Assembly (NCBI GenBank): GCA_013239625.1
Contig: MU053881.1
Span: 11,460,873-11,524,872, forward strand
Direction: 5' to 3'
DNA length: 64,000 nt
Source of the DNA: Lama guanicoe
Lineage: Eukaryota
The notes under the pieces were generated by a model. It made no database searches. It had not been told where the DNA came from and saw nothing but the letters and a program-made list of their open reading frames with translations. Positions 40,203 through 53,070 of this stretch are shown one piece after another (position 1 is the first letter of the stretch; every line of letters starts with the position of its first letter). The position numbers and the translations under genes are program-made.

Positions 40203-42149
40203 GGACCAGTAAGCAGGATAAGGAAGGGGATTATTTTCATCCTAATTGGAAAAAGAGAGAGAGATGGGTGTGAATATGTAAAATTTTGACAGGGTGGGCA
40301 AAAAACTGAGGGAGTTTCTTATACCTGCTATTTTCCTCTGTGAGTGAACAAGGAAACTGAAAAATATCTCCATAGTGTTACAGGGCCCCTTGAAGCTGAA
40401 GAAAATAAATCTGATACCATTAAAATAGTTAATGTTCTGTTTTGTTTTAGAAACCTAAAAGCATCAAGCAACCCAGATTAAGTGGAACAGATCAACAGTT
40501 GAACTCATCCAAATTCTCATCTATTTTTCAGAATGGTAAACTGGAAAAACAAACAAGGCACAGGAATTGAGAATGTTTCCAAAACACATCTATTTTAGTG
40601 TAAGCTGTTTAAGAAAGTAAGTCACAGTATGGAGAAGAAAGGGAGTCAAGGGAATGGTGACCCTAATGAAGTGGAACCCTAGTGGGCGTAACACAGCAAA
40701 AAGTGGCGACAACAAAAACTGGCTATGAAGGCGATCAACAAAGAGTAGGGTTTCAGGGATTGTAGATTTCATAAGTGGAATGAGCAAGGATAAAATTCAT
40801 CGTGTGACAGTGGGAAGGGAAAGGGATGTTGAAAAGAGGTATAACACATGATATAAAATGCTAAAATATTATGTAAGTTTTCTATAGTCATACTGAAAAC
40901 AAATGAGGGCACTGCAATGATTTTTTAAAAAATTAATTGTGGAACAGGTAGCAAAATATTCACTGAATGAGAAAGAATGACTATAAAATAGACAAATGGG
41001 GAACTGTATTGAGAACCACATTGCTACGTTGTATAGCTCTGAAAGGAGCAAGAGTTCAAGTGGAAATGCACGAATGAAGGTCTTCAGTGGCTCTGGTGAT
41101 CTAGGAGGATTCTAAAGCTACGACCTACTCCTCAGCTATGTGGACCATAGGGGAGGGCACGTTTTTCTTAAGAATTTGATGGGGAAAGCATCCTAAAGGA
41201 GTCAATATTCAGTTAAGGTAAGGTATATATATTATCTCTATATAGACGGAATTCACATCTCATGAAAAGGTATTTCAAATGCACAGTAGAAAGGATGCTT
41301 ATTTTGTGTGCTTTGTGTGTATGCTGAGGGGGGAGGTACATTTGAAGAGCCAAAGGACAGTGGAAAATTGAGGTAGGAGAAGTATGGAGCTGACATTCTT
41401 AATGAAGACCGGTGGGCATTATTATTGAAGAGTAACAAAGACATAGGTATAAAGGCATGTTCTTTATGTTACTTCTTAATGACTCTGCATTAAACTGTCC
41501 TCAGATTTCACAGAAAAGTAAATGGGATTAGACTAGATAGTACAATACTGAGCAATAGCAAATGCAGAGCATAAATGCTGCTCCTACACACTTCTGTGCA
41601 CATGGTTAAGTGTCACCAACTGATTATGCCACCCTTTCCTATTAATATCAGTCTGTTTTAAAGGTTTTCTCAATATTACTATCCAGATAATCATTTCCAA
41701 TTGGCCAAAAATACTACAAAAAATACATTTTTTAAATCCTTGTCATATTTTCCATAATTTTTTTCTATTTGAATTTTATGGGGCACCTGCACCCCACGTT
41801 TCAGAAAGAAGTGATCAGCATCCTCCCTTTCTCTTAAGTAGTTTTCCTCTAAAAAAATCTATTCACTATTCTCATCTACTTCTCTCAGAAGTGTAGTCCT
41901 ATCACAGATTTTAAGGGGTTTCTTAAAATCCTTGTGAATTTTAAAGGGAAATCTATTATGCTTTAGTAGAAACTATAGATAGTTGTTTCCCAAAATTAAT
42001 ATTCTGCACTGTTTTACAGAGAGAAAACAAGTTTACATTATTTCCATTATTTCTTGATCTCTATTAAAGTGTTCAGGACAAAACAAGCAAAGTCCTTGAA
42101 ATCTACAAAGAACATTTATAAAATTGAGTCCTTCCGTATTATTATAATG

Positions 42150-42350
42150 CTTAAGAGTCCAGTTGACAGACCAGATTGCCAAGGTTTTGCTCATACTGGT
42201 TGTGTAATTTGGGCTATGTTACTAAACATTCTTTGTTTTGTCTCCACATCTGTCTTCTGGAATAATGTGTGGGGGGAGAGCAACGATGACACCCACCTCA
42301 TAGGGTTGATGTGATCATTAAATGAGAGACTAAGTACTTGGTACAGTTTC
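42150..42350 (+). mobile_element. MIR SINE
   Basis: Reads 'ctcatactggttgtgtaatttgggctatgttactaaac...cacctcatagggttgatgtgatcattaaatgaga'. Confidence 0.7.
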
Positions 42351-42899
42351 TTCCTCAGCAATAGTAATAGGAACCTCAGTGCGGAAGAAGATGGGAACTG
42401 TCTTCATTCAAAGGACAAGGAGGCTTATAGTTAGCCTGGAAAAGAGGTGATTTAGAGTAGGAATGATTCATATGGAATGATGGACTGAGCAAAGTTATAC
42501 AGAACTGTATCTTGGCTCTCCCTACATAAAAATACCAAATAATTAGAGCTGCCTAAAATTGGATGCTGTGTCTCAGGACTGGTAAATTGCTTGTTGATGG
42601 AGCATGAAAAACAGAGGCTAAATGAACAATCATCACGAGTATTGTGAGCTGAGTTTATATAAGACATTTAACTAGAGAATATCCAAGCTCTTTACACTCT
42701 ATTGTAGTGTTTATTGCACCGTAAGTAAGAATTACTCTGAGATTGTTTAACTCTAATAAGTCAGCTTAAAAAGAAAAAGAAGGATTTCAGGGATAATTGG
42801 TTATTTGGTTAAGTAGACTTTGGGATTCAAAATTTAAAGGTTACACTGAATGGTAATTATAGTTCTTTTTAAAAATTGAGGACAGTAATTAACATCATA

Positions 42900-43101
42900 C
42901 AGTCTTTTCTCAGTATCCATGGGGAATTGGTTCTGGGACTCCTCCAACAGAAAAATTCGAGGATGCTCAAGTCCTGTGGTCAGCCCTCCATTTTTGAGGG
43001 CTGTGCAGTCTGCGGATTCAGTCAACTGCAGATCATAAACACAGTACGAGATTCCTGCTTGGTTGAATCCATGAACGAGAACCCAGATACCGAGGTGACT
43101 G
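42900..43101. mobile_element. Tigger/MER2-family MITE with TA TSD
   Basis: TA|CAGTC...tcagtatccatgggg at the start and gataccgaggtGACTG|TA at the end form inverted termini. Confidence 0.8.
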
Positions 43102-43164
43102 TACTACAAAAAGTTTAAGAGTGGATGAACTAAATTTTAAGACTTAAATATATGATATGTATTT

Positions 43165-43310
43165 CACTTAACTTTGAATCATCATGAAAATCTTATGTGA
43201 TTGGCATTTTACAAATGGTGAAATTGAGTCTCAATAAATGTATTTGTCTAAAGGTGAGAAGCTGGGACCCAGACTCAGATCTCCACCAAAGTTTATGCTT
43301 CATAGCACTA
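43165..43310 (-). mobile_element. Diverged MIR
   Basis: Reads 'cattttacaaatggtgaaattgagtctca...gctgggacccagactcagatct'. Confidence 0.6.
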
Positions 43311-44118
43311 TTGCACACTCAAGCACATGAACACACCCCCACACACACACTTATTTTGTTACATATAATAACTGAGTAGCAGTTACTAAAAACCATATGT
43401 TATCTTCATGTATGTTGATTAATAATAGTGTATCATTTATAATATATATACATTGTAATGACGCATGAAATAAAATTTCTCAGCCTCTTGAAGGTATCCT
43501 CCTTTGCAAGGTTAACATGATAAACTATTCTGTATTTTGAACAGGAAAGATTCTATGTTATTCAACCAACTAACCAGTGACATTCTATATGGCATAGAAT
43601 TCTTTTACTACTGTTGATTCAAAAAATGAGTTAAATTTTTAAGGGGAGAATTTGGCTTTCTTTATCTTCAAGAATAGTAGAAATATTGATAACCACATCC
43701 AATTTATTGGGAAAATATAACTGAAGACATCACATCTCGGAAAGGGAACTGGAAAATTTATTTTCAAAATAAAACAATTTTCTTTAACTTAAGCACATTG
43801 ATACTTTCATATGAAAATACATAAATGCATAAATTCAATTATATTTTCTATCACCTCTTTTACTATCTCCCTGCCAAAACAAACATTTTCAAAAATCTCT
43901 CTCAAATGCACTTGTAGAATGAAAAAAAGTGAGATATAGATTTAATAAAGAAATCTATTAAAATAGGCTTGTGACTGACAACAAGGGTTAGGAGAACTAC
44001 TTCTATATAGTATTTTATCATCAACTAGAAGCTGAAAAATAGCAGCTAATTCATCCTTGAAAATCTATCTCCTAAGCCAAATTAAAACAGGATATACTTA
44101 TAAAACATAATAGGTTAT

Positions 44119-44271
44119 GGGGAGGGAGGGTATAGCTTAGTGGCCAAGTGCATGCCTAGCAGGCATGAGGTCCTAGGTTCAATCCCCAGCACCTCCTTTA
44201 AAAAATTTATAAATAAACCTAGTTACCCCCCTAAAATAAAATTAGCTAATAATAAAAAATAAAATATATAA
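44119..44271 (+). mobile_element. tRNA-derived SINE (Vic-1-like, camelid) with 15-bp TSD
   Basis: Head 'ggggagggagggtatagcttagtgg' with A box, B box 'ggttcaatccc' and an A-rich tail. TSD aaaaca(t/c)aataggtt at 44102-44116 and 44272-44286. Confidence 0.88.
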
Positions 44272-44544
44272 AAAACACAATAGGTTCAGAGTTTCTAAAG
44301 ATATCAAATTAAATCTAGGTGATGAATGAGATTTGGATGCAAAGTATGAAAAGAATAGAGCCACTTTTATATCTGTATAATAGATATTTCAAAAAAAAAC
44401 CTTAGAAACAAGACAATAGTTAGGCAACTAGAAACTCAAACCATAATTTTGGCCAACTGTAGCCTAATTGCTGGCTTTGTTTTTATTTTTTATGATATAT
44501 AAATTGGATGACCTAATAGCTACCTAAAGACAGAGATATAAGGT

Positions 44545-44700
44545 GTATATACTAATATATAAGTATGCATACTAATATACAGTATACATACACATATACA
44601 TACATATCTTCACTATATACATTATCTACCCTAATATATACATACATATGTATACAAATATATGCACACATAATACATGTATACGTGTGTGTATGTATGA
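44545..44700. repeat. TA/CA-rich low-complexity tract
   Basis: Degenerate (TA)n/(CATA)n repeats. Confidence 0.8.
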
Positions 44701-45535
44701 CTGGACAGCCAATTTGAGATATATTAAACATCTTGAGAGAGAAACTAAGAGGATCTATAGTTTATAGCTTTATAATTCTTTACTTGAGGATTTAATTTAA
44801 TGATCATCTTAGTTTGTAAGACTGTTATTGTTAATGGAAAGTCTGTCAATTCACTGAATAATGAATAATTTTATCATGTATAGTTCTAACTTAAACATAA
44901 TTTTTGTCATTCCAATGTATGTATAAAGCAGAAACTAAGCTTTCCTCAAGTGTATTCATAAAGGTTATTTTTTTTAGCAAACTTCAAATAAATTGCTTTA
45001 ATGTGAATTGCCTACCCATGCTCATATTGGCTAGAATATAATATTAAATCTTATTTATTAATTTATCAGTTTACTATGATCCTAGGTAGACAGAAATTTC
45101 CCCTAAGGTATGTTAAAAATAACTAAATGCTTATGAAAACACAGAAAAATATCTTACTTTTTTTGTTTGTTTTTTAATACTACCCAACTCCTGTTGCTGA
45201 GATACAGTGGAAGTAATATTTATATTAAACTGTACCTTGTCAATTTACTTTTTCCCCTAAACTTTCTTTCTCCATCAAGAAACAGCAAGGCTCTTCTTCA
45301 TCTACTGCCCTCTGAGTATGAATAGTAAAGAAAATGAGGACAAATTTTTGGCTATTTGAGCCCTATAGTAGATTTTTGTTAACATGTGACAGAGATAATA
45401 TTCATAAAAGCCAAGGCTTTCAATTGTAACATCCAGTCACTTGAGAGAGAAAAGTTCTGTTTTGCCATATCCATTCCAAGAGTTTATCTTTAAATACAAA
45501 AAACAGTTTGAGGATTCAGAGTAAACCATTTACAT

Positions 45536-45870
45536 CAGGAGTCAGCAAACTTTTTCTGTAAAGGACCAAATACTAAATTGTGTAGGCTTTGTGGGTTAGA
45601 TGATCTCCATCTCAACTACCCTACTCTGCCACTGGAGCTCAGGCGCAGCCCCAGACAATATGTAAATGAACAAGTGCAGCTGTGTTCTGATAAAACTTTC
45701 AAGACTCAATGTCCATAAATCTATGTACTTATCCTTTGTCATGAAATATCATTTCCAAAATTTTATGTTTCTGACCACGTGAAAATGTAAAAACTATTCT
45801 TAACTTGAAGACTGTACAAAAACAGGTAGCAACTGGATTTCACCCACGGACCACAGTTTGCCAACCCTTG
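45536..45870. mobile_element. MER58B-like hAT-Charlie element
   Basis: Termini CAGGAGTCAGCAAAC and GTTTGCCAACCCTTG, internal 'ctcaactaccctactctgccactggagc', about 335 bp. Confidence 0.85.
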
Positions 45871-46472
45871 ATGGTTTACTGTTTATACCGTAAATGATAA
45901 AGAAGAGAAGGATACATGAACAATGTATCCTCCCTATACTAAGTAAGAATTCTGGAGTTAAGAAATCTATGCTCTTCTTTAGAAAGTTCCAGGTGCTAAG
46001 GGTTTAGCCCCAATGATAAAGGTGTAACAGAAACCTCAAACCCCTGAGCCGAAGGGATCGTATTTTACACTGCTCAGGATGACAGACTGAAAAAACTTCA
46101 ATCTCAGGGAAAAAAAGCCCATAGCTTAACCATGGGAAAACCCAGTTATAGCCCACACACACACACATACACACAAAAGCACAGATGTGATTGACAGTAA
46201 GATGAGAGACCTAAGAAGGCTGAGGTAAGGACAAGATAAACAGACTCCTGAGACCCTAATGCTGAGGTTCACCAGGGGATACCAGCAAGCGATGGTGGGG
46301 ACCAGAAGAAGCAAACTATACCTCCATGGAGTTTGTAAAGGCAGAGCAGAAGATTTAGAAGTTAACCCTGCTGCATGTCCAGCTTGATGTCAGAATGACA
46401 GAGCCTACCTTTAGAAGAGACTATAAGGAATTCTGAAAAGACTGAATAGTAACCAATAAAGACTGACTTATA

Positions 46473-46701
46473 TTTGCAAATGTTAACCACCATATTTAAA
46501 AAAAAGATTAAAAAAAATTTTCTCCTGGATAGCACAGGGAACTATATTCAATATCTTGCATTAACCTTTAATGAAAAAGAATATAAAAATGAATACATGT
46601 ATATGTATGCATGACTAGGATTTTATACTGTACACCAGAAATTGACACACTATAACTAACTATACTTTAATAAAATAAATCTAAAAAATATAAAATAAAA
46701 A
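46473..46701 (+). mobile_element. Young 5'-truncated L1 3'UTR with poly(A) and perfect 15-bp TSD
   Basis: Reads 'gcacagggaactatattcaatatcttg...tgtacaccagaaattgacacactataactaactatact' plus an A tail. TSD AAAGACTGACTTATA at 46458-46472 and 46702-46716. Confidence 0.9.
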
Positions 46702-47121
46702 AAAGACTGACTTATAAGTTAGTTAAATGGTCAGTTACCTAAGATGGATAGTTATCTACAATAAGTGAAAATGTGGACTTGAGGAAAAAAAAATTCAGTT
46801 ACAAGAAAATGAGTAAATTACTTCTTTGCATATCTGAGCCTAACTGGAGCCTATGTGGGGAAAATCTAAGAACTTTTAAGCTTATGTTAATTAAGTAAAG
46901 CAACACACCATAATATTTAATGTCAAATCTGGATCATCTTGATTACTCAATCATCATGTGTATTGACTTAAATGGTAAAGCTTTATCTTCTCATAAAGAC
47001 TTTTCTGAGGAATATGTCAAAATTATAATGACATGTAAATAGATTTGTGCTCTAAAAAATGTAGGCTTGAGCAGTTAAAACCAATGTGACCAAATCAACT
47101 GTTTCAAATTGAAGGTATCCA

Positions 47122-47603
47122 TGCTATACTGAATTACTGACCCTCCCCTACGAAAGTATCCAGACCCTAATCCATGGAAACTGTGGATGTTACCTCATGT
47201 GCCAAAAAGACTTGGCAGGTGAGATTCACTCAGGATCTTAAGATGGGGGGATTGTCCTGGATTTTCCACATGGGCTCTAAATGCCTTCATAACAGTGTTT
47301 ATACAACAGATGCAGACGGACATGTGACAACAGAAAAGGAGAAGACAGTATGACTAAAGAGGCAGGGACTGGAATGATGCAACCATAAGCCAAGGAATGT
47401 CAGTAGCCAACATAAGCTAGAAGAGGAAACAACAGATTCTTGCCTAGAGCAAGAAGAGGGAGCCTCACCAACACCTTGATTTCTGTGCACAGTGAAACTG
47501 CTTTCTGATATCTGGCCTGGAGAACTTTGAGAGAAAAGTATTTGCTGTTTGAAGCTGCCAAGTATGTGGTATTTTGTTACACAGATCACAGGAAACAAAT
47601 ACA
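47122..47603 (+). mobile_element. MLT1C/D (MaLR) solo LTR
   Basis: Contains 'ccctaatccatggaaactgtggatgttacc', 'gatgggggattgtcctggatt' and 'cataagccaaggaatg'. Ends 'ggaaacaaataca'. Confidence 0.85.
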
Positions 47604-48139
47604 GAGATCAAGCACTAGGAATCGCCACCTTTTTTTTGAGGAAATGGTAATCTGTTAATTTTCACATCTTTGTTTTCTATCATCCAACACTGAAGAAGGA
47701 AGGGGATGTATTGATGACTTATTACTCAGTGTTGGGATCTATGTTAAAAAGTTGGCCACGTTTGTTGTAACATTTTCAGTTGTAAAAATACACTCATATT
47801 AAGTGATTTATTGTAAACTTAGGTAGCTATTAGAAAGTTCTTTTTTATCCTCATCTCACTTTTGCTTCCTATAATCTCCTTCTACTGGCCCTAGTTGTGC
47901 TATTTCAAGCAAACCGAAATGACTCTAACATCTCTATTCTCTACTTAACCACAAAACTTTTAACATATTTGAAAAAAAATCATATTAATCCCCAGACCTC
48001 TCATTTCTGCACCTTAGAGTATCCTACCCTAGCCTAGAAGTCTTCTTTAAGTAAAATTTATTTCCTTTAAATAGTTTTTATGTAAGTGATTTCTATAAGC
48101 CTCATTTCAAAATTCCAGGAAAATGGAAAAAACTATCAA

Positions 48140-48355
48140 ACTGATGATAGTAGCTCATTTCTTGTGAGATTATTACATGCTAGGCACTGAACCAACAGCA
48201 TTATCCCCAATGTTGCTGTCCCCATTTTATTAATGAGGAAATTAAGTTTAGGAGAACTGAAGTCATTTGTCCAATACAGCTAGTAAATGGTTGAAATCAA
48301 AATTTGAATTAATATTTTAAAACACTGAAAATATGTGTCCTTAACCACTATGCTG
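48140..48355 (-). mobile_element. MIR SINE
   Basis: Reads 'tccccattttattaatgaggaaattaagtttaggagaactgaagtcatttgtccaa...cttaaccactatgctg'. Confidence 0.75.
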
Positions 48356-48669
48356 CATGACAACCAATGGTTTCTTACTTGGGAAAGCTCCTCTCAAATA
48401 CTGCCTTCACAGACATTCCTCGTACTTAGCTTACAATATAGTAGAGTGATGTGAGTGGTCAAGAACCTTACCTGGGAGGAATGTTAACAAGTCTTCAATT
48501 CACAGAACTTCACTTTTTACACAGCTACGATAGTGATTAGCTTCTGGTGAGCTCATGGTTAACTAAAAAATTCCATTTTTTGAACAGAAATACTTGCTTC
48601 TATTTTATGTATGTCCCCTATTTTATGTTTGTAGAACTGCTTTCCTAAAACTACATATAACACAACTTC

Positions 48670-49150
48670 GGATTCTATAAATTATTTAAGTGCCTAGGTT
48701 CAGAGAAGAGTAACTATAATCCTTGATTCACAACATCTTGTTATCAATTAGTTAGCTACTTTGAATAATGTAGTACATATCTGTGAACACACTCTGTAAC
48801 ACAAAATCATGTGTTTGTCATTTCCTTGTTTTCCATTTAATATAGTTTTATTGCATTTACACGTATTATTTGTCTCCTTGTTTCTACTGTATTTCAGTAT
48901 TTTATCTTATTTAAAGGCATCATGCTGTATCTAGTTGTTTGAGACTGTCATTTAATATGATATTGCTAAGATTCACCTATTGCTGACATGGCCTATTTCA
49001 TTCCTCTGCTGGAAGCAATCCATTACGTAAATAATACAGTCATCTATTCTCCCGTTGGTGATTGTGTGCATTATAAATGTGTTCACAGTTTTGTTGTTGT
49101 TTTTGTTGGTATTATTGTTGTTTAGGGTGATGAACAAACAGCTCTTAATG
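48670..49150 (-). mobile_element. Old L1ME-like fragment, apparently resuming at about 53075-53470 after the Tigger2 insertion
   Basis: Antisense L1 3' motifs 'ggcatcatgctgtat', 'aagattcacctattg' and 'tcatctattctcccgttggtg'. Confidence 0.55.
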
Positions 49151-49158
49151 TTAATACA

Positions 49159-52100
49159 CAGTTAACCCCTGAATAACACGGGTTTTAACTGAGCCCCTTC
49201 CTTGCATCTGTGCTCTCAGCAGGGATGTGGGTTGCAGCGGCACCTGGGAGGCCTCTGAGTGGGCTGAGATTTCTCCTCTAGGCGTCCGAGCACCCCACCC
49301 CTCCAATTCATAGGCCCAAGGCCATGTTTGCTCCCTGCCCGCTGCGTGGCTTCCACGCCCCGGCCATTCACCACACGGCTGGAGTCCTGGCCTCACCCAC
49401 TCAGAAGTGCAGGATGGGGCTGGCCTGAGGGCCCTGGTGATGCCGGCAGTCCCGGTATCGAAAGAGGCTCTGTAAATTACACACAAGGCCCCTCTTGGCC
49501 TATTAAAGGTCTCACAGTCAAAAAAAGAAAAAGAAGAAGATAAAAGGGAAGGGGTTGGTCTTTTTTAGAATTTTTAAAAGAAGTTTTTATAAATAATGTG
49601 TTCAAAGAGTTTGACCCACTACCTAAAGTAAAAATCCCACTCTTTAAGAAAAATACACAGATATAGGCAAGAGTTTAAATTCTGAGAGGTTCAAGCCTGA
49701 TGCCAAACCTTTAGATTTCTACTGCTTTAATTCCACAGGACCAGTGGGTAAGTGGGGGTCCACTTAAACACAATTTTTTTCCAATAAATATACTGAAAAA
49801 ATCTTTTGAGAGTTCTAGCAATTTGAAAAAACTCACAAACTGCGTAACCTGGAAATGTCGAAAAAACTAAGAAAAAATTACTTACATCATGAAAGCAAAA
49901 ACTGCTGTAGCTATTAGTCTATTTTATCATTTACTACCGTAAAATATACACAAATCTTTTCTAAAAAGTTAAAATTCGTCAGAACGTGTGCCCACACACA
50001 CAGACTGCCCACGACGCCGTTTGCTGTTGAGAGAAACGAAAACAAATGTAAAGACGCAGAATTAAGACATAACTGAATAAAACTGACGGTCGCACATACC
50101 GTGCAGCAGTCACTGTGATAATTTCATGCCCACCTCCGGTGGCTACGCGAGGAGCTCCAGGGCCGTGAGGAACCGCTCGAGACGCCAGCGATGCTAATCG
50201 TCTCCGGGAGAGCGGCAGTAAGTCTCGTATCGCGGTAACGCGAGTTCTCCGGGCTCTCGCGGTTCTCGCGGTTCTCGCGTGGTTTCCCTCGTGTTTCGCG
50301 AAATACCCGAAACCCTGAATAACCCAGGGGACCCACGCAACGTGCCACTAGTGGTTCTGGAAGTGCGCCCAAGAAGCAGAGAAAACTCATGACACGAAAA
50401 GGAAAAGCTGAATTGCCTGGTATGTACTGTAAAGTGAGGTCTGCAGCCGTGGTTGTCACCAATTCAAGATAATTGAATCTGGTATAAAAACGATTGTTAA
50501 AAAAAAAAAGAAAAGGAAGTTTTGAAGCTGTCCCTGCAGCTATGCCAGCAGGCATGAAAACCTTGCACTTTTTGCAGATTACTTTTTTTTATCTCACACT
50601 GAATATACAGTTTTTATGGGTGCAGGATTGTTAAAAGAAAGGATACCTATAGACTCTTATATGTTAGAGAAAAATTGAAGTCAATACATGACAATTTAAA
50701 GTAAAAGGGAAGTGCAGGGTCTAAAGCTGGAGAATTTAATGCCAGCAAAAGACTTTGATAATTTTAGGGAAAAAAGTTTTGCTTAAAAAATGTCAATATG
50801 ACAGGAGAAACAGCTTCTGCCGACCAAGAGGCAGCAGATGTTTCCGGACATCATAGAGGGGAAAGGATATCTGCCTAAACAGGTTTTTAGTGCAGACGAA
50901 AGTACCCTATTCTGGAAAAAAATGCCATAGCAGACATTAGTAAGGAAGAGAAGCAAGCACCAGGATTTAAGGCAGAAAGGGATAGGCTAACTCTACTGTT
51001 TTGTGCAAATACAGTTGGGTTTATTTATGATCAGGACTACCCTTATCCATAAAGCTGCTACCCACCGAATTTTGAAGGGAAAAGATAAACACCAGCTGCC
51101 AGGCTTTTGGTTGTACAAAAAGAAAGCCTGGACAATGAGAATGCTTTCTTCTAAATTGGTTGTATTGATGCTTTGTCCGTGAAGTCAGGAAATGGAACTT
51201 GCCAGAAAGGAGGTGCCTTTTTAAAGTCTTTTTGATATTGGACGATGTCCCTGTCCACCCAGAATCCCATGAGTTCAACAACGAAGGTGCCTAAGTGTTC
51301 TGTTTTGCCCCAGAACATAATGTCTCTAAGTCAGCCTCTAGATCAGGGAGTTATAAGGACCTTTAAGGCCCATTACCCATAGCACACTATGGAAAGGATT
51401 GCCAATGATGTGGAAGAGAACCCCGATAAAAAGAACATCATGGAAGCCTGAAAGGATTACACCAATGAAGATGCCATCATTGTTACAGAAAAAGCCACAA
51501 AAAGCCATTACACCCAAGATAATGAATTCTCACTGGAGAAAACTGTCTAGATGTTGTGCATGACTTCACATGGTTATCATGGAGCCAACAAGAAAATCAT
51601 GAAAGAGACTGTAGAGATGGGAAAAAAGATAGGAGGTGAAGGGTTTCAAGATATGGATCTTAGAGATACTCAAGAGCTAACAGTCACCACACTAGAGGAA
51701 TTAACAGAAGATGATCTGATACAGATAAGTGCTTCTGAACCAGTGGCAGACAATCAAGAAGACATAGAAGAAGCAGTGCCAAGAGACAAATTGACAGTAA
51801 ACAATCTGTCAGAAAGGTTCTGATTATTTGAATTGGTCTTAACTTCTTTTACAACAGGGACCCTTCTATGTCATACAGGCACTGAAACTGAAGCAAATGG
51901 TGAAAGAAGGATTGGTACTATGTAGATGGGTTTTTAGAGGAATGCAAAGGTTACCAAAAGTGTGTGCCTGCCTCTCATGCCCTTCCCTTCCATCTCCTCT
52001 ACCTCTTCTACCTCTGCGACCCCTGAGAAAGCAAACCCAACCCCTCTTCCTCCTCTCTAACCTACTCAATGTGAAGACAAGGATGAAGACCTTTATGATG

Positions 52101-53070
52101 ATCTACTTCCACTTAATGAAGAGTAAATAATCACCATGACATACATTTAATAAACTCATCTGTTGTGTGTACATGTGTGTCTTCATATGAAAATCTAATA
52201 AGTGCACAGCAAGAACTGTATGAGACATTTCTGGGGTCATCATCAACATTGCCTAAGTACTCATCATGTAGAATATCTTGTGCAAGTCTTGTATTGCAGT
52301 GGATAGCCTACCCTTACATAGGCATAAGGTGAGTGATATACAACATAAAATTAGCAATGTGTCAGTTTTTTTTTTTTACTGTTTCATAACTTTGCTTTCA
52401 GAGAAAGAATTACATTACCCTACAGTATGCATCTCTCTTTCTCTGAGAGAAACTGTATATCAGCCTACCATCATAGGTGCTTTTTAATGTAACATGTTTC
52501 CAATACTGTATTTTATGAATATGACTATAACACTGTATGTCATGAAAATTTCATAACAATTCATTATGTATAGTGAAGCAATTGTATCGATTACACTAGA
52601 CTACCATAAAGCAATCTTATTGCTGATTCTTTATTATCAATGTATGAATTGTTATATCTATAAATAAACAAATTTCTTTGTCACATTTTTCTTTTTGATG
52701 TCTAGTGTTAATATTACGCTTAACACCTACAGCATTTTGTATTATGAAACAATATGGATGTAGGTATCAACAGACCATCATCTTGTAAACAGATGACACC
52801 AAAGTAAATACAGTAGGGACTGTAAGTTTATTTTCTCTCCTTTATGATTTTCTTAGTAACATTTTCTTTTCTCTAGCTTACTTTTTTGTAATAATACAGT
52901 ATATAATAGATCTAAAAAATATGTGTTAATTGTCTGTGTTATCGGTAAGGCTTCTGGTCAACAGTAAGCTATGAGTAGTTAAGTTTTAGGGGAGTCAAAA
53001 GTTATATGCATATTTTCAACTGTACAAGGGGTTGGTACCTCTAACCCCCATACTGTTCAAGGGTCAACTA
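49159..53070 (+). mobile_element. Near full-length Tigger2-family (Tigger2f-like) DNA transposon with degraded transposase
   Basis: TIRs CAGTTAACCCCTGAATAAC and ACTGTTCAAGGGTCAACTA. Transposase remnants 'cccaagaagcagagaaaa' (PKKQRK), 'gcagacgaaagtaccctattctggaaaaaaatgcca' (ADESTLFWKKMP) and 'cagcctctagatcagggagttata' (QPLDQGVI), with many stops and frameshifts. Confidence 0.92.

Noticed and set aside
44119..44200. tRNA gene
   Set aside because: It has A/B boxes but also an A-rich tail and TSDs, with no intact cloverleaf, so it is a SINE.
50124..50555. 143-aa minus-strand ORF
   Set aside because: It is antisense to the Tigger2 transposase start, and its length is explained by the local GC enrichment.
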